From: Pristiophorus japonicus
Taxonomy: Eukaryota
DNA length: 64,000 bases
NCBI RefSeq assembly: GCF_044704955.1
Contig: NC_091999.1
Coordinates: 26,598,001 to 26,662,000, forward strand
Direction: 5' to 3'
Shown here: positions 13,051 to 26,023 of the stretch, one piece after another
Numbering within the stretch: the stretch's first letter is position 1
Layout of the letters: each line of letters begins with the position of its first letter
Translations under genes and position numbers: made by a program
Notes under the pieces: model-generated
What the model was told of the DNA's origin: nothing
The model's input: only the letters and a program-made list of their open reading frames with translations
Database searches by the model: none

Positions 13051-13827
13051 GTAAGTCTTTGTGCGTTCATGTGTAATTGTGCACTTACACAAAAACACAA
13101 ACATATACAAAATCATCAAAACACTTACATGTGAACACACACAAACTCACTTTCACATGTATTCTCCTCCGCTCTGTGTAAATGTGTTCTGTGTGAGGCG
13201 CAATGTGATATCAGCCGAACGAATGCAACAATTCAACCGATGGGCTTCAGCAACATCAGTGACACAACTGTGAGAAACTCGGAGAGGATTCAGTCACCAG
13301 TTTAGACATGGCCCATTAGAATTCAACATGTTAGTTTACAATTAACAGGGACTGTTGCACCCCCAAGCCTATTTAAAAATATTATGTGGAATAAATAGTT
13401 ATTTCAGAATATAATACTCATATGGCAAATTTAAAATTTTTAGATCATGGGTTAGAATGTACGATGGCAACTTAGTGCATTAAAAAGAGAGTGGTTCACT
13501 TCCCATCTCCCTGCGGGAGTGGCAGTGGGGGTTACATGAATTATACGTTTCCCTTTCTCCTCTCGCTGGTGCGTGTGAGAGGTATAGTGAGTTAAAATTA
13601 CCATTTACTCCCTCTCAGCTGAAGTTACCTTCAGGAATCCTGTAATGAGAGAACTCCACGCAGTTTCTAACTCATGCTGTATCTGAGCTGGGAGCGCTGG
13701 CTGTACAAGCCTTGGGACCGAGATCCGCAAACACCCTACTTCAGATAAACAGCCCTCACATTGGCCAAAATAGGAAACATAATTAATTGAGTGGCTGTGT
13801 GTTTAACTCACGATGGAAGAAAAGCCC

Positions 13828-13843
13828 TTTATTGTTTTTTATT
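13828..13843 (-). terminator. Two AATAAA polyadenylation signals of the secretory mu transcript
   Basis: TTTATT at 13828-13833 and 13838-13843, ~30 nt after the CQ-stop codons. Confidence 0.75.
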
Positions 13844-13871
13844 TAAGAACTGAAATGCAATCGAGACATTC

Positions 13872-13883
13872 TCATTGACAAGA
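13872..13883 (-). pseudogene. Detached end of the IgM secretory tailpiece (S-C-Q-stop)
   Basis: TCT TGT CAA TGA directly flanking the CR1 5' junction; shark Cmu tail ends ...MDTxNSCQ*. Confidence 0.8.
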
Positions 13884-15109
13884 ATGACTAAGAAAGCAAT
13901 AAAGGAAGGAAAGATAGATTACAAAGGTAAACTTGCGCAAAACATGAAAACGGATAGTAAAAGCTTTTACCGATATGTAAAACGGAAAAGAGTGACTAAA
14001 GTAAATGTTGGTCCCTTAGAAGATGAGAAAGGGGATTTAATAATGGGAAATGTAGAAATTGCTGAGAGCTTAAACAATTATTTTGCTTCGGTCTTCACAG
14101 TGGAAGACACAAAAACCATGCCAGAAATTGCTGGTCAAAGGAATGTGGGAAGGGAGGACCTTGAGACAATCACTATCACTAGGGGGGTAGTGCTGGACAG
14201 GCTAATGGGACTCAAGGTAGAAAAGTCCCCCGGTCCTGATGAAATGCATCGCAGGGATAAAGAGATGGCAGAAGTTATAGCAGATGCATTCGTTAAAATC
14301 CACCAAAACTCTCTGGACTCTGGGGAGGTACCAGCGGATTGGAAAGCAGCTAATGTAACACCTCTGTTTAAAAAAGAGGGCAGGCAAAAGGCAGGTAACT
14401 AAAGGCCGGTTAGTTTAACATCTGTAGTGGGGAAAATGCTTGAAACTATCATTAAGGAAGAAAGAGCGGGATATCTAGATTGGAATAGTGCAATCAAGCA
14501 GACGCAGCATGGATTCATGAAGGGGAAATCATGTTTAACTAATTTACTGGAATTCTTTGAGGATATAACGAGCATGGTGGATACAGGTGTACCGATGGAT
14601 GTGCTGTATTCAGATTTTCAAAAGGCATTCGATTAGGTGCCACACAAAAGGTTACTGCAGAAGATAAAGGCACGTGGAGTCAGAGGAAAAGTATTAGCAT
14701 GGATAGAGAATTGGCTGGCAAACAGAAAGCAGAGAATCGCGATAAATGGGTCCTTTTTGGGTTGGAAATCGGTGGTTAGTGGTGTGCCACAGGGATCGGG
14801 GCTGGGACTACAACTGTTTACAATATATATAGATGACCTGGAAGAGGGGACAGAGTATAGTGTAACAAAATTTGCAGATGACACAAAGATTAGTGGGAAA
14901 ACGGGTTGTGCAGAGGACACAGAGAGGCTGCAAAGAAATTTAGATTGGTTAGAGAATGGGCTAAGATTTGGCAGATGGAATACAATGTCGGAAAGTGTGA
15001 GGTCATGCATCTTGAGGGAAAAAAAAACAGCAAAAGGGAACATTGTTTGAATGGGGAGAAATTATAACATGCTGCGATGCAGAGGGACCTGGGGGTCCTT
15101 GTGCATGAA
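13881..15109 (+). mobile_element. CR1 LINE, 5'-truncated, left part (host of the Tx1 insertions)
   Basis: ORF2 motifs [44 protein letters not shown]. Confidence 0.93.
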
Positions 15110-15289
15110 ACTCTTTTAGGAGCAAACAAAAAACATTAACCCGTGCCCCCCGATCTGGGGGAAACACCAACATTTACAAGGTTTATTTTTGGCACAAAAA
15201 TATATTTTTTCTCCAAGTGCCCCCTATAAAAGGGGAGGGGGACACTAAAAGCACCGGCAATTAAAACAAATTAACTTAAAAATATGAAA

Positions 15290-18200
15290 TCAAGTTAAAA
15301 TTTGGTTGCCGGGCGTGATGATGCACTCCAGTCCCTCCGGTGCCCATCTCTTGCAGAAGGCCACGAGCGTACCGGTGGACACCGCATGCTCCATCTCCAG
15401 GGACACCCTTGACCGGATGTATGCGCGGAAGAGAGGCAGGCAGTCTGGCTGAACGACCCCCTCGATCGCCTGCTGCCTGGACCGGCTGAGGGCCCCCTTG
15501 GCCGTGCCCAGGAGCAGTCCTACGAGGAGGCCTTCGGACCTACCCGCTCCCCTCCGCACAGGGTGCCCGAAGATCAGGAGTGTGGGACTGAAGTGCAGCC
15601 AGAATTTCAGGAGCAGCTCCTTTAAATAACAAAACAGGGGCAGCAACCTCGTGCACTCAATAAAAACATGGAACACGGACTCTTCCAGACCGCAGAAATT
15701 GCAGGCGGCCTGGGAGCCCGTGAACCGGCTTAAAAATTTATTGCACGGCACTGCTCCGTGCATCACCCTCCAGGCCAAGTCCCCGGCAAATAGTGGGAGG
15801 ACCCCTGCGTAGAGTGCCCTCCATCGGGGACCCCCGCCTCCTCTGGACGGCAAGATGGTACGCCATGGCGTGTCCAGACGGCAGGCAAGGATGGCAAAGT
15901 TGAGAGTGTGCAGCAGCAGCCCGTACAGGAAACCCCTCCGCGCAGAACTGAAAGGCACGGAGGGGATTTCCACGAGGCGGCTCAAGTTGTGAGGCGTCGG
16001 CCCCCGAGGGAGGTTCCGGGGTTTGGCGCCGATGAGGAATTCCGTCCGGACGGGGGTCAGTTCGGATGGGATCTCCCCGCGTGCTTGAGCCTCCTCGATG
16101 CACCTAATGGTGTCGGGGCCCAGAGCTGTTTTTATCGACTCGATGGCATCAGCCGCGCGGCGGACGTTGGCGGAATTTAGGCGCCGCGCCAGCATGTCTG
16201 GCACCATCCAACCCGCTCCTCCGCCATCGAGCAGGTCCCTGACCCTGGTCACCTCACCAGCCAAAGCACGCTCATCCGATCGCCACCTAAAACCTCGGTC
16301 GTGGAGGTACGGATTCCCGAGCAGCGGCTCCTGCAGGACGGCCGCCACTCCAGCCGGTGGAGAGCTCCGCTTGGTGGAGACTTTGTTCCAGACCCTGATG
16401 AGTTCCTTGTAAAAGACAGGCAGCTCCCGGAGGGCGGTCCTGACGACCCCCACACTCACAAACAGGAGCTGCGTGTCGTAGTTGCGGCCGTGCTGCTGGC
16501 GGAAGAAAGACATCGCCAGAGCACACCACCTGGGAGGGGGGTCAACGTAAAGGTATCTCTGCAGGGTCTGAAGATGGAAAGTCGCGAGCTGGGCGCTGAC
16601 GCACACCAACAACTGACCGCCCTCCCCAAGCGGGAGACTCAAGACCGCGGCAGAGACCCAGTGCTTCCTGTTGTTCCAGAAGAAGTCCACCAGCTTCTTC
16701 TGTATCTTGGCGACAAACTCAGGTGGAGGGGTCAAAGTGACCAGCCGGTACCACAACATGGCGGCCACAAGCTGGTTTATGACTAGCGCTCGACCCCTGC
16801 AGGACAGCACTCGGAGCAGTCCTGTCCAGCGCCCTAGGCGAGCGGCGACCTTGGCCCCCAGCTCTTGCCAGTTCGCCACCCACACTTCCTCGTCGGGGCT
16901 AAGGTAGACTCCCAGATTGAGGAGATGGGTCGTGCTCCAGGCAAAAGGCGTGAGCTCCTCCGGCAGGGAGTCCACCCGCCACTGACCCACCAGGAGTCCG
17001 TAACATTTCTCCCAGTTGATTCTGGCGGAGGATGCGGCTGAGTAAATCTCCTGGCACTCACACATCCTCCGCAGGTCAGCGGGATCCTCTACCGTGAGGA
17101 GCACGTCATCGGCGTAAGCCGAGAGGACGACCTCCACGCCCGGCCCTTGCAGAGCCAGTCCCGTCAACCTCGTCCGCAGGAGGCGCAGGAAAGTCTGCAC
17201 GCAGACGGCATATAAATGGCCGGACATGGGGCATCCCTGGCGCACCCCTCTCCCAAAGCGAAGGGGCGCCGTCAAGGACCCGTTAACATTAATCAGACAC
17301 TCTGCGGCGGCGTATAAAAGTCGGATCCAGGCGACGAAATGCATCCCAAACCCGAAAGCGCGCAGAGTTCCAAGCAGATAGTCATCATTCACCCTGTCGA
17401 ACGCCTTCTCTTGGTCGAGGGATAGGAAGGCGACCGGCAGACCAGCCTCCTGGGGAATAATGGATGAGGTCCCGGACCAGATGGATGTTATCGTGGATTG
17501 TCCGGCCCGGGACCGTGTAGGACTGGTCGGGTTGGATCATGTGGTCCAGCACGGCACCAAGGCGAGCAGACATCGCCCTGGCGATGATTTTGTAGTCCGT
17601 GCTGAGGAGGGATACTGGGCGCCAGATATTAAGGAGGCGGAGATCGCCCTTCTTATGGAGCAGGACAATGACTGCCCTGCGCCAACAGAGGGGCATCTCC
17701 CCGGTCACCAGACTTTCCCACAGGACCCGCGCGTAGTCGCCCCCCAGGACTTCCCAGAACGCCCTGTGGAACTCCACGGTCAGCCCGTCCAGACCCGGGG
17801 ATATTCACCTCGAGAGCCGGTCGAGGGCGCCGGTCAGCTCCGCCAGGATTAGCGGAGCTTCCAGATTTTCGGCGCCCTCCGGGCTGACCTTCGGCAGGTC
17901 CTCCCACAAAACTCTATGCACTTCTTCGCTGGACGGCTCCAGAGAGAACAGGGCCCCGTAATATTCAATGGCCCTGTTGTTGACGTCCTCCGGATCCGAG
18001 ACGAGAGAGCCGTCGTCGGCCAGCAGCGTCAAGAGCTGCTTACGGACACTCTGTCTTTTTTCCAGCGAGTAGAAGAAAGGCGGAGCCGCGGTCCAGATCC
18101 CGCAGGAACTGGATCTGTGACCTCACGAACACGTCTCGGGACCCTACGAGCTGCAGGTCCTTCAGCGTGTCCTTCTTCGCTTCGTACACCGTCCGCAGGG

Positions 18201-19178
18201 CCGGGTCCCCGACGACTTGCTCCAGGTCGAGCACCTCCTTTTCTAGATGCCCGACCCTGGCCGCCCGCCTCTTGGTCGACCCCCTCGCGTACTCTTGATA
18301 GAAGACGCGGACGTGAGCCTTGCCCACGTCCCACCATAGCCTCAAGGAGGGGACGCCCCCCTGCTTCCTTCTCCAGTCGGCCCAGAAACGACGGAACGAG
18401 TCCTGGAACCGCACGTCCTCCAGCAGCTGGTTGTTAAAATGCCAGTACGCGGACCCCGTCCTCGCGCGGAGCGAAGCGAGCTCTGCCCGCAGCAGGTGGT
18501 GGTCCAAACAGGGTACCTGCCGCATGGAGGCTGCCGGGACGCAGGAAACGTACGCCCAAGACAGGTAAAGGCGGTCGACTGTGGACCATCCAACTCCAGG
18601 CCTCACCCAAGTAAAGGCGCTGGAGTCTGGGTGGAGATTTCGCCAGACGTCCACCAAGTCGAAGGACCCGACCAGGTCCCACAACTTCTCCATCGCCGTC
18701 ATGCTCTGCGGGGCACCGGAGGGGTCCCTGGCCTCGAGGGTGCAGTTAAAATCCCCCCCGAGGACAATGCAGTCGCCGACGTCGACGGAGCCAAGAAGAG
18801 CGGACACCTCTTCGAAGAAGCGCGTTTGCTGCGGGCCGGGCTGAGGGTCGTACACGTTCACGAGGTGGAGCGGCACGCCCCCAGGCGAACCGTTCCGTGC
18901 AGCAAGCGGCCTGGCACGGGCTCCTCGACCCCCAAGATCTCCGGCTGAAAATGCGGGGCCAGCAAGATGGCCACCCCACTAGAAGTGGCAGTGAGGTGGC
19001 TCATGCGGACCTCTCCTTGCCATTCCAGGATCCACGTGGCTTCGTCTCCCGGAACGGTGTGGGTTTCTTGCAGGAAGCACGCTGCATATTTCCCCTCCTG
19101 CAGGAGCGAAAAATTGTTAAATCTACGTCGTGCCTCTCTGCTGCAGTTGATGTTGAGGCTGGCTATGGTTATCTTCAT
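15290..19178 (-). pseudogene. Tx1 ORF2 (endonuclease, reverse transcriptase, C-terminal zinc finger), several frameshifts
   Basis: MKITIASLNIN, FLQETH, GGDFNC, WRPVSLLSTDYKI, GVRQGCPMS, YADD, CNFCGLEESVFHVFIEC spread over successive ORF fragments. Confidence 0.92.
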
Positions 19179-19180
19179 GA

Positions 19181-21310
19181 CTAGAGCATAGTGCAACCTC
19201 TATCTAACCTATTGTGGGGGGTGGGAGTGGAGTCGTTTGTTGACCTCCACTCCTTCAGCAGCCCAGTGAGGAACCTTTTGAGCCGGCGCAGCTCAAGGCC
19301 TTGCGCCTTTGATAAGGGCCCGCCCACGGCCATGGTTTTAGCGGCGGCGCGGACGGAAGCGATGAGCAGCCCCGGCTCAGACCATCTTTCTCGGGCCAGA
19401 TGGGTTCGGTTGCGGCGACCCTGGCGCTGGACCAAAAAGTCCCGGAGTTCCTCGACGGGAATGAGGGGGGATTCAGCGGCGGTCACGAGGAGATCTACCG
19501 CCTCACTGGCGATGGACTCGAGATCTTCACCCGCGTCCTCCACCGAGTCCCCGTCCTCCTCCGGGAGGTCGCCGCTAGCAGCCGGCTCGTCGACCGCACG
19601 AGGTATGGCAAACGGCCCGGCCGCTCCATCTGGCCCTGGCTCTGCCCCAATCCCACCCCAGGATCGTCGGCAGAGGAGTCCCCACTGAGCTCTTTTAAAA
19701 TTGGTACTGGGTCGGGAACCAACAGCGGAAGGGTTTCCTCCTCCGCCCCAGGAACCGCGGAACACGGAGAGACCTGGTCAAAGTAATGTTCCAGGTCCTC
19801 CAAGTACCCCAGCTCCAAAGTAGGTGGCGAAGGTTGTTGTTCTTCCCCCTCCCCGCCGCCACCCCCCGGCCCAGCGTGTACAGAATCGTTAAAATTAATC
19901 CATTTTCAGTTTCTTCCGGGCCGAGCGACTCTAGGGGGCAGATAATTAATATCTGGGCGGGCTCAGGTTCGGACTGTTCGGCCCCGCCTGCCTCAGTCCC
20001 GGGGACGCTCGACTCGGCGGCTACGCATTCCACCGCTGGCCCGTCGCCCCCCTCGTCAGGCAGATCATTCACACCATCCCCGGGAGGCAGAGGCCGGGCA
20101 GCCTCGACTGCCTCACCCTCCCCGGGGACAGATTCCTCACGCCTGCAGCGCAATTTGGGGGCGCTGGTGGGGGACGCGGGACACGCGGCGGGCACCGACT
20201 CCTCCGCGGAGGGATGTTGTTCCCCCTCCGCCTCATTGGAGCGGCGCCTCCTTTTGTTCCTGGGAGGGCGTGGAGGCAGGGAGACCTCCATGTCTGCCGA
20301 GGCCTCCCGCTCCACCCACCCCCTTTTTCTTTTCTTGCCCGCGCCCGAGCGCCTCTGTGATACTGGTCAAGGGCTCAGGCACGGGCTCAGGGCATCCCGC
20401 GCTCGCCGGTGACGGGGTTGGCCCGAGCGCGGTAAACAGATTGTCTGGCGCACTGTGGGGTCCCGCCTCTAGATGTTTCGCCTTTTTCCGTGCCTTCTTT
20501 CCGGTCGGACGCTGTCCCTCCCCCCCCGCCGGAGGCCGTGAAAACAATGGCCTCCGACGATGCCCGCGCACCTACGGCTCCCGGCACGTGGACGCTACTA
20601 GGGGGAGGGGTGGCGGCGGCGCAAGCCTTGGCCACCCTCGGTGGTTTGGCGGCTTTGGAGGCGGGGCAGTTCTTGCGAACGTGCCCCACATCACTGCAGG
20701 CATGGCACCGCAACCCGTTCGACGTCCAGAAGACGTGGTAGGCAGTCCAATCGTGCACCACATTGAAATTGCCCTCCGTCGTCTCCTCCCGCGCCAGCCG
20801 GACAAAGAGCTGGCGGCGGAAGGAGAACACATGGCGCAGGCTGTTCTCCCTGAGGCCGAGCGGTATGGGGTTGATCCCCGACCTTACCTCCCCCATTTGG
20901 TGTAGATGAGGGAGGAGGAGCTCAGCGGGATCAAAGGGCGGGACGTTTGAAATGATGACCCTCTGCGCGGTGGCCTCGAGAGGGTCCACCGGCAGGAACA
21001 CCCCGCCCACCATGAGCCCCTTTTCAATGGCCAGGGACATCGCCCGCTCTGACCCCAGGAAGAACACGGCCTTCCCAGACATCTTGGAGACTTCGACAAT
21101 GGCCGAGGGGCCGACTACCCCAGCCATCGCCCGCACGCACTCCTCAATGCTCATTGCGGGTTTAGTGTAGCCCTTGACCCCGTGTTTTTTAGTTATCAGT
21201 CTGAATGGTGGCAGGGCAGAAGGAGGCGCAGGAGGTGCCGTGGATGTGGATGCCACCTGCGCATAAGTCCTAGCTGGCCCTGCCACCGGCGTGGATGGGG
21301 TCGCCATCAC
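19181..21310 (-). pseudogene. Tx1 ORF1 (gag-like nucleic-acid-binding protein), frameshifted
   Basis: TYAQVA, KHGVK, VIISNVPPF, LRHVFSFRRQLF, CHACSDVGHVRKNC knuckle, long low-complexity C-terminus. Confidence 0.85.
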
Positions 21311-22247
21311 GGGGTCCCTTTCAGGGCTACACCCACCCCAAAGTCACATGCCTTAATTGTCTTAAGTGGCCTCGTTTAAATATTTAACAGCGGGAGCTCT
21401 GAAAGAGGCACTCCTCTCCCCTAGTTGGCATTTGGGGAGGGGCCTTGCTCCCTCTGCTCAGTTGTCTAAATTGTTCTTGTCTTTTTTTTTTCCAATTGGG
21501 AGGAAGGGCTCTCAGAGAGAGAGGGGAGAGACAGAGAGAGAGATAGAGTGAGGGGTTGTGGGAAAGAGGGAGGCTGCAAGGGCAGATCTCCCCTCACAGT
21601 AATGGGTGGGTGCACTCCCCAGATGGCAAACAAAACAGTCTTTGGGGTTGACTTCGGGTGGGGCAGAAGATGTCTTCACCTGGGGCAGCTGGAGCCACAC
21701 AGGTACACACTCCCAACGATGTTAATTAGGGTGATTTAGTTTCTTCAGCCTGGTAGCTCCAGCTATCCCAGGCTAGGCAATGGGGGAGGGGTGCTTCAGT
21801 GGTGTGTGGGCCTAGCTGTAGTCAAGACCCCCACATACACTTCCACACACACACACACCCCCCGCGATGTTCTGGCCCTCGATTGGTCATCTTTCCTCCC
21901 CCCACCGATACAACAAAGTCTTTTTGGTGAATGCACCAAAACACACCCACCTTTGGCTGAAGAAGTCTTTCCCTCCTTCCACATTGGCAAGTTGTTGTTC
22001 TTTTTCCCCCCTCTCTCCAAATCTTTGTTGAAATAATGAAGGTGTTGCAGTCTTCTGCTCTCCTCCTCTCACTCTAGATGAATGGTAATGAAGCCCCTTC
22101 CTTCCTCCAGTTCCTGGGCTGGTCTCAGGGCTCACTCCAGGCCTTCCAGACGGGAGCTAAAGCAGGGAGTTCCTTCTCTCACAGCAGCTAGGCTCCAAGT
22201 GCATAGGCCACGCCTCCAAAGCTCCACCATTGGTCCTTGTGCATGAA

Positions 22248-22438
22248 ACTCTTTTTGGGAGTAAACAAAAAACATTAAACCGTAACCTCCCCCCGATCTG
22301 GGGGAAATACCACACATTTACAGGCCCTTTTATTTTTTTGTGGTATTTTTTGGGGGGGTTTTTTGGGCACAGAAACATATTTTTTTCCAAGTGCCCCCTA
22401 TAAAAGGGGAGGGGGACACTAAAAGCACCGGCAATTAA
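22248..22438 (-). mobile_element. Second Tx1 copy, 5'-truncated (3' UTR only), tandem at the same target site
   Basis: Diverged homologue of 15110-15265 abutting the same GGTCCTTGTGCATGAA target. Confidence 0.88.
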
Positions 22439-22439
22439 T

Positions 22440-23134
22440 GTTAGTTTGCAGGTGCAACAGGTAATCAGGAAGGCGAATGGAATGTTGACCTTCATTGCCA
22501 GAGAGATGGAGTACAATAGCAGGGAGGTCCTTCTGCAACTGTATAGGGTATTGGTGAGGCCGCACCTGGAGTACTGCGTGCAGTTTTGGTCACCTTACTT
22601 AAGGAAGGATATACTAGCTTTGGAGGGGGTACAGAGACGATTCACGAGGCTGATTCAGGAGATGAGAGGGTTACCTTATGATGATAGACTGAGTAGACTG
22701 GGTCTTTACTCGTTGAAATTCAGAAGGATGAGGGATGATCGATAGAAACATTTAAAACAATGAAAGGCATAGACAAAATAGAGGCAGAGAGGTTGTTTCC
22801 ACTGGTCGGGGAGACTAGAACTAGGGGGCCCAGCCTCAAAATACGGGGGAGCCAATTTAAAACTCAGTTGAGAAGGAATTTCTTCTCCCACAGAGTTGTG
22901 AATCTGTGTAATTTACTGCAAAGGGGAGGAATTGAGGATAGCTCATTGAATGTATTCAATTCACAGAAAGATAGATTTTTAACCAATAAGGGAGTTAAGG
23001 GTTATGGGGAGCGGGCGGGTAAGTGGAGCTGAGTCCACGGCCAGATCAGCCATGATCTTGTTGAATGGCGGAGCAGGCTCGAGATGCAAGATGCCCTACT
23101 TCTGTTACTAATTCTTATGTTCTTATGTTCTTAT
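22440..23134 (+). mobile_element. CR1 LINE right part with 3' UTR and (GTTCTTAT)n tail
   Basis: QVQQVIRKANGML...RPHLEYCVQFWSP continues the left part; terminal octamer repeats at 23112-23134. Confidence 0.93.
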
Positions 23135-23498
23135 GAAGGTGTCCATCAGAACAAGGGAAATGCTTTACCACTGGATTTATTGACGGTTCTGTTGGTGATT
23201 ATCAATGGGATCGCTTCATGTCCCACCACACAGGAGTGAGAGGCGCCGCTCGCCCACTCCTCGGCTGCAATGGATAGCAGGCTGTACATGAAGAAGGAGC
23301 TGCTGCCGTTCTCCGCCATCAACTCGGTGTTCATGGAGTTGCCGGAATCCACGGGCTTGTCATTGACGGTCCATTTGATGAAGATCTCTCGGGGGGAGAA
23401 ACCTCTCACTAAGCAGGTGAGGCTGACCAACCTCTGAGCAGAGACTTCTTCTGCTGAGGGCAGGAGGACAGACACGGCCGCTTCCCGCGGATCTTTCG
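23135..23498 (-). pseudogene. IGHM: IgM Cmu4 exon plus broken secretory tailpiece
   Basis: ag|..[45 protein letters not shown]...[28 protein letters not shown]; membrane donor G|gtaaa at 23168; tail frameshifted (ISLVLMDTF in another frame) and cut by CR1. Confidence 0.93.
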
Positions 23499-24416
23499 CT
23501 GTAGAACAGTTACAACAAAGGCCAATGAACTGGTTAGTTCCAGAGACAATGGGGGAATTTCAACCCAATACAGCGGGCGCATTTTGGGCGTGGTGGTTGT
23601 TAAATTGGTAAAAATTAGAATCCCTACCTCAACTCGCTCACTTCCGGTTGTAATATTATATTTCAGTAATATATTTAAATGAGACTTGAATCCTCTATTT
23701 TAACCACCATTTGGTGTTTAACAGTCGCTGGTCCGGTTTGACACACTTTGTAAATCTCAGCAGTTACAGCAAGGTGGAGATTGCTGCTCCCAGGTGGTAA
23801 TTGCCCTTACACCTACCTCCTGAATCCAGGGTCCCTGCCTAACCCACCCCCCGCGATCCGCGACCTCCTCACTCGGCTTCCAATCCTCCCGTTTTCACTG
23901 GTGGCCTGTGAGATCAACGCCCACAACTCGCCTTCCTCATTTAAATTCAGCCAATTTCCGGTGGTTAGATGTGAGAGAAATGGACACTGCGTTTAATTTT
24001 TTACGCTTTTCCTTTTCCCCTCTGTTGCCTCTCTGGTTTTCCATCCCTTATCCGAGGGAATGTAATCTTTCTCTCTGAAATCTTGAAGCATTGGACTGGA
24101 AAATGACAAAGAATTTAATGCACAGAACGATGAGATTTGGCTAACTGGTCTATGCCGGTGTTTATGATCCACACAAGCCTCCTACGAGCCCACTTCATCT
24201 AAACCTAATAATATACCCTTCTATTTTTTTCTCGCTCATGGACTTATCCAGTTTCCCCTAAAATACATAATGTCAGGTCCCAGAGTGCTGAGTTGGTGGA
24301 TTTACCAACCTGAATGATCAGAGTAGCCATTAAACACTTTATATAATCAATTGGCCCTTGCACACGCATCGAAATTGTCGCAGTGTCTCAATTATTGCAA
24401 CAATTTCCCCGCTCAC

Positions 24417-24724
24417 CCTTTTCCTTGTGGATGGAATCTCTGAGAGGAGTCGACATATCCTGATGGCTCACCACGCAGTAGAACCTATCCCCACTCAGCC
24501 AGTCTTCTGTCGAGATGTTTAAGTTGCTGATCACACTGTTGGGATCCTCTCCGGGTTGGACGGCAATCTCTGATTTCAAAGTCTCGTTTTTTCGGGTCCA
24601 GGTCAGGGTGAGCCCGTAAGGAACGTCAGACACGACGTACGTTAAGGTCACCGTGGCCTCCAGTAAAACCTGTTCCAGTGACGGTGGGCGAAGAGTGATT
24701 TTTAATCGCTGCATGGGACATCCA
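24417..24724 (-). pseudogene. IGHM: IgM Cmu3 exon (frameshift and Cys-to-Tyr)
   Basis: [25 protein letters not shown]...[15 protein letters not shown]; ag/gt borders give 308 nt (not a multiple of 3); spliced frame hits TAA after VDVPCSD. Confidence 0.92.
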
Positions 24725-26023
24725 CTGCGAAACAGGAATGAAAGTAAGGAAAAGCCGCATCTTCAGAATCAGGACACCAATAATTAGCCTTAACTCTTTC
24801 AAGGGGAATAACTCACTTTTGAGATATCAACCTCTCGCTATTGCTTGAACACTTTCGTTATGGAAGGGCAATGAATTGGCAACGATTCTGGGAGGTCTGT
24901 AATATTTCCTGTGTATTTGAGCCAGAGCCACCTGTAATGGGCTGTGAAGCAAATACCTGGCCTACAATGGGAATACATTGGGACACAATTGTGATAGGCA
25001 CTGAATGGCGCTCTCCCTGCAATCCCTTGCTCCTTTACGCCCGTCTATAGATTCTTGCACCCAAACGCATCTCCACTGCGTATAATAGCTGATGCCCGAA
25101 TATCCCCAAGTTCAAGAGGTCGACACCAGCATTATACTGGTTCAAAACCAGTGTCAAATTAATTGCAGGATTTATGGGACAACAGGAAACAAAGTTAAGT
25201 TTCTAGTCTTTTGCTGCTATTTTTGTTGCGATGAAAATGTGCAGGAACCAGTCACATCCCACGTCAGAGGAGAAGTGCAAGGTCCGGAGAATGGAGTTGC
25301 AAGGAATCTTTTGTGGTGGGGCATCATTTGTAATGAGGTGAGGTAGTTTGTTAATATCTGTAATTACTGAACATTTATCATGTCTGGTGAGAGAGATTCA
25401 GAAAGCACTATGACCTCAGGGCATTAATATCAACATAGGAATAGGAGAAGGCCATTCAGCCCATCCATCCTGTCCCGCCATCCAGTTAGATCATGGCTGA
25501 TCAACACTCAACACCATCTTCACGCCTTGGCTATGTAACCCATGATAACCTTGCCGAACAAAAATCTATCAATCTCAGTTTTCAACTTTTCAATAGAAAG
25601 CAAGTGTCAGCAGCTTTTGGGGAGGGAAATCCCGACTTGCACTATTCTTCCTTTGAGAAATTCCTTTCTGACATCACCTGTGCACGGCCTAACTCTAATG
25701 TTAAGGTTCTGCTACTTGTTCTGGACTCTCCCATCAAACTAAATCAATGTTTCTATATCAACTCGATCAATTCCATTTATCAACTTAAACACGTCAATTG
25801 GATCATCTCTTAACGTTCCATACTCGCCACCTGATCATTTTACATTATTAGCCCCGGTATAATTCGGGTAAACATGCAGTTTAGCACCTCCACGTATATC
25901 CTTCCTCAGGTGCAGAGCCCAGAATTGGGCTCAGTACTCTGAATAGGGTAGATGCCCATTCTTGCAGTGGGTTCCTGGACAGTTAGCAGTAAAGGATTCC
26001 AGACTCCTATTGCCGTTGCGTAT

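Larger units (their letters stand above)
15110..22231 (-). mobile_element. Full-length Tx1-clade (L1 group) non-LTR retrotransposon, frameshifted
   Basis: GC-rich; ORF1 with CCHC knuckle; ORF2 APE-RT-zinc finger; flanked by 16-bp TSD GGTCCTTGTGCATGAA (15094-15109 and 22232-22247). Confidence 0.92.

Noticed and set aside
12950-13820. Search for IgM transmembrane exons
   Set aside because: No convincing hydrophobic CART-motif exon found by eye
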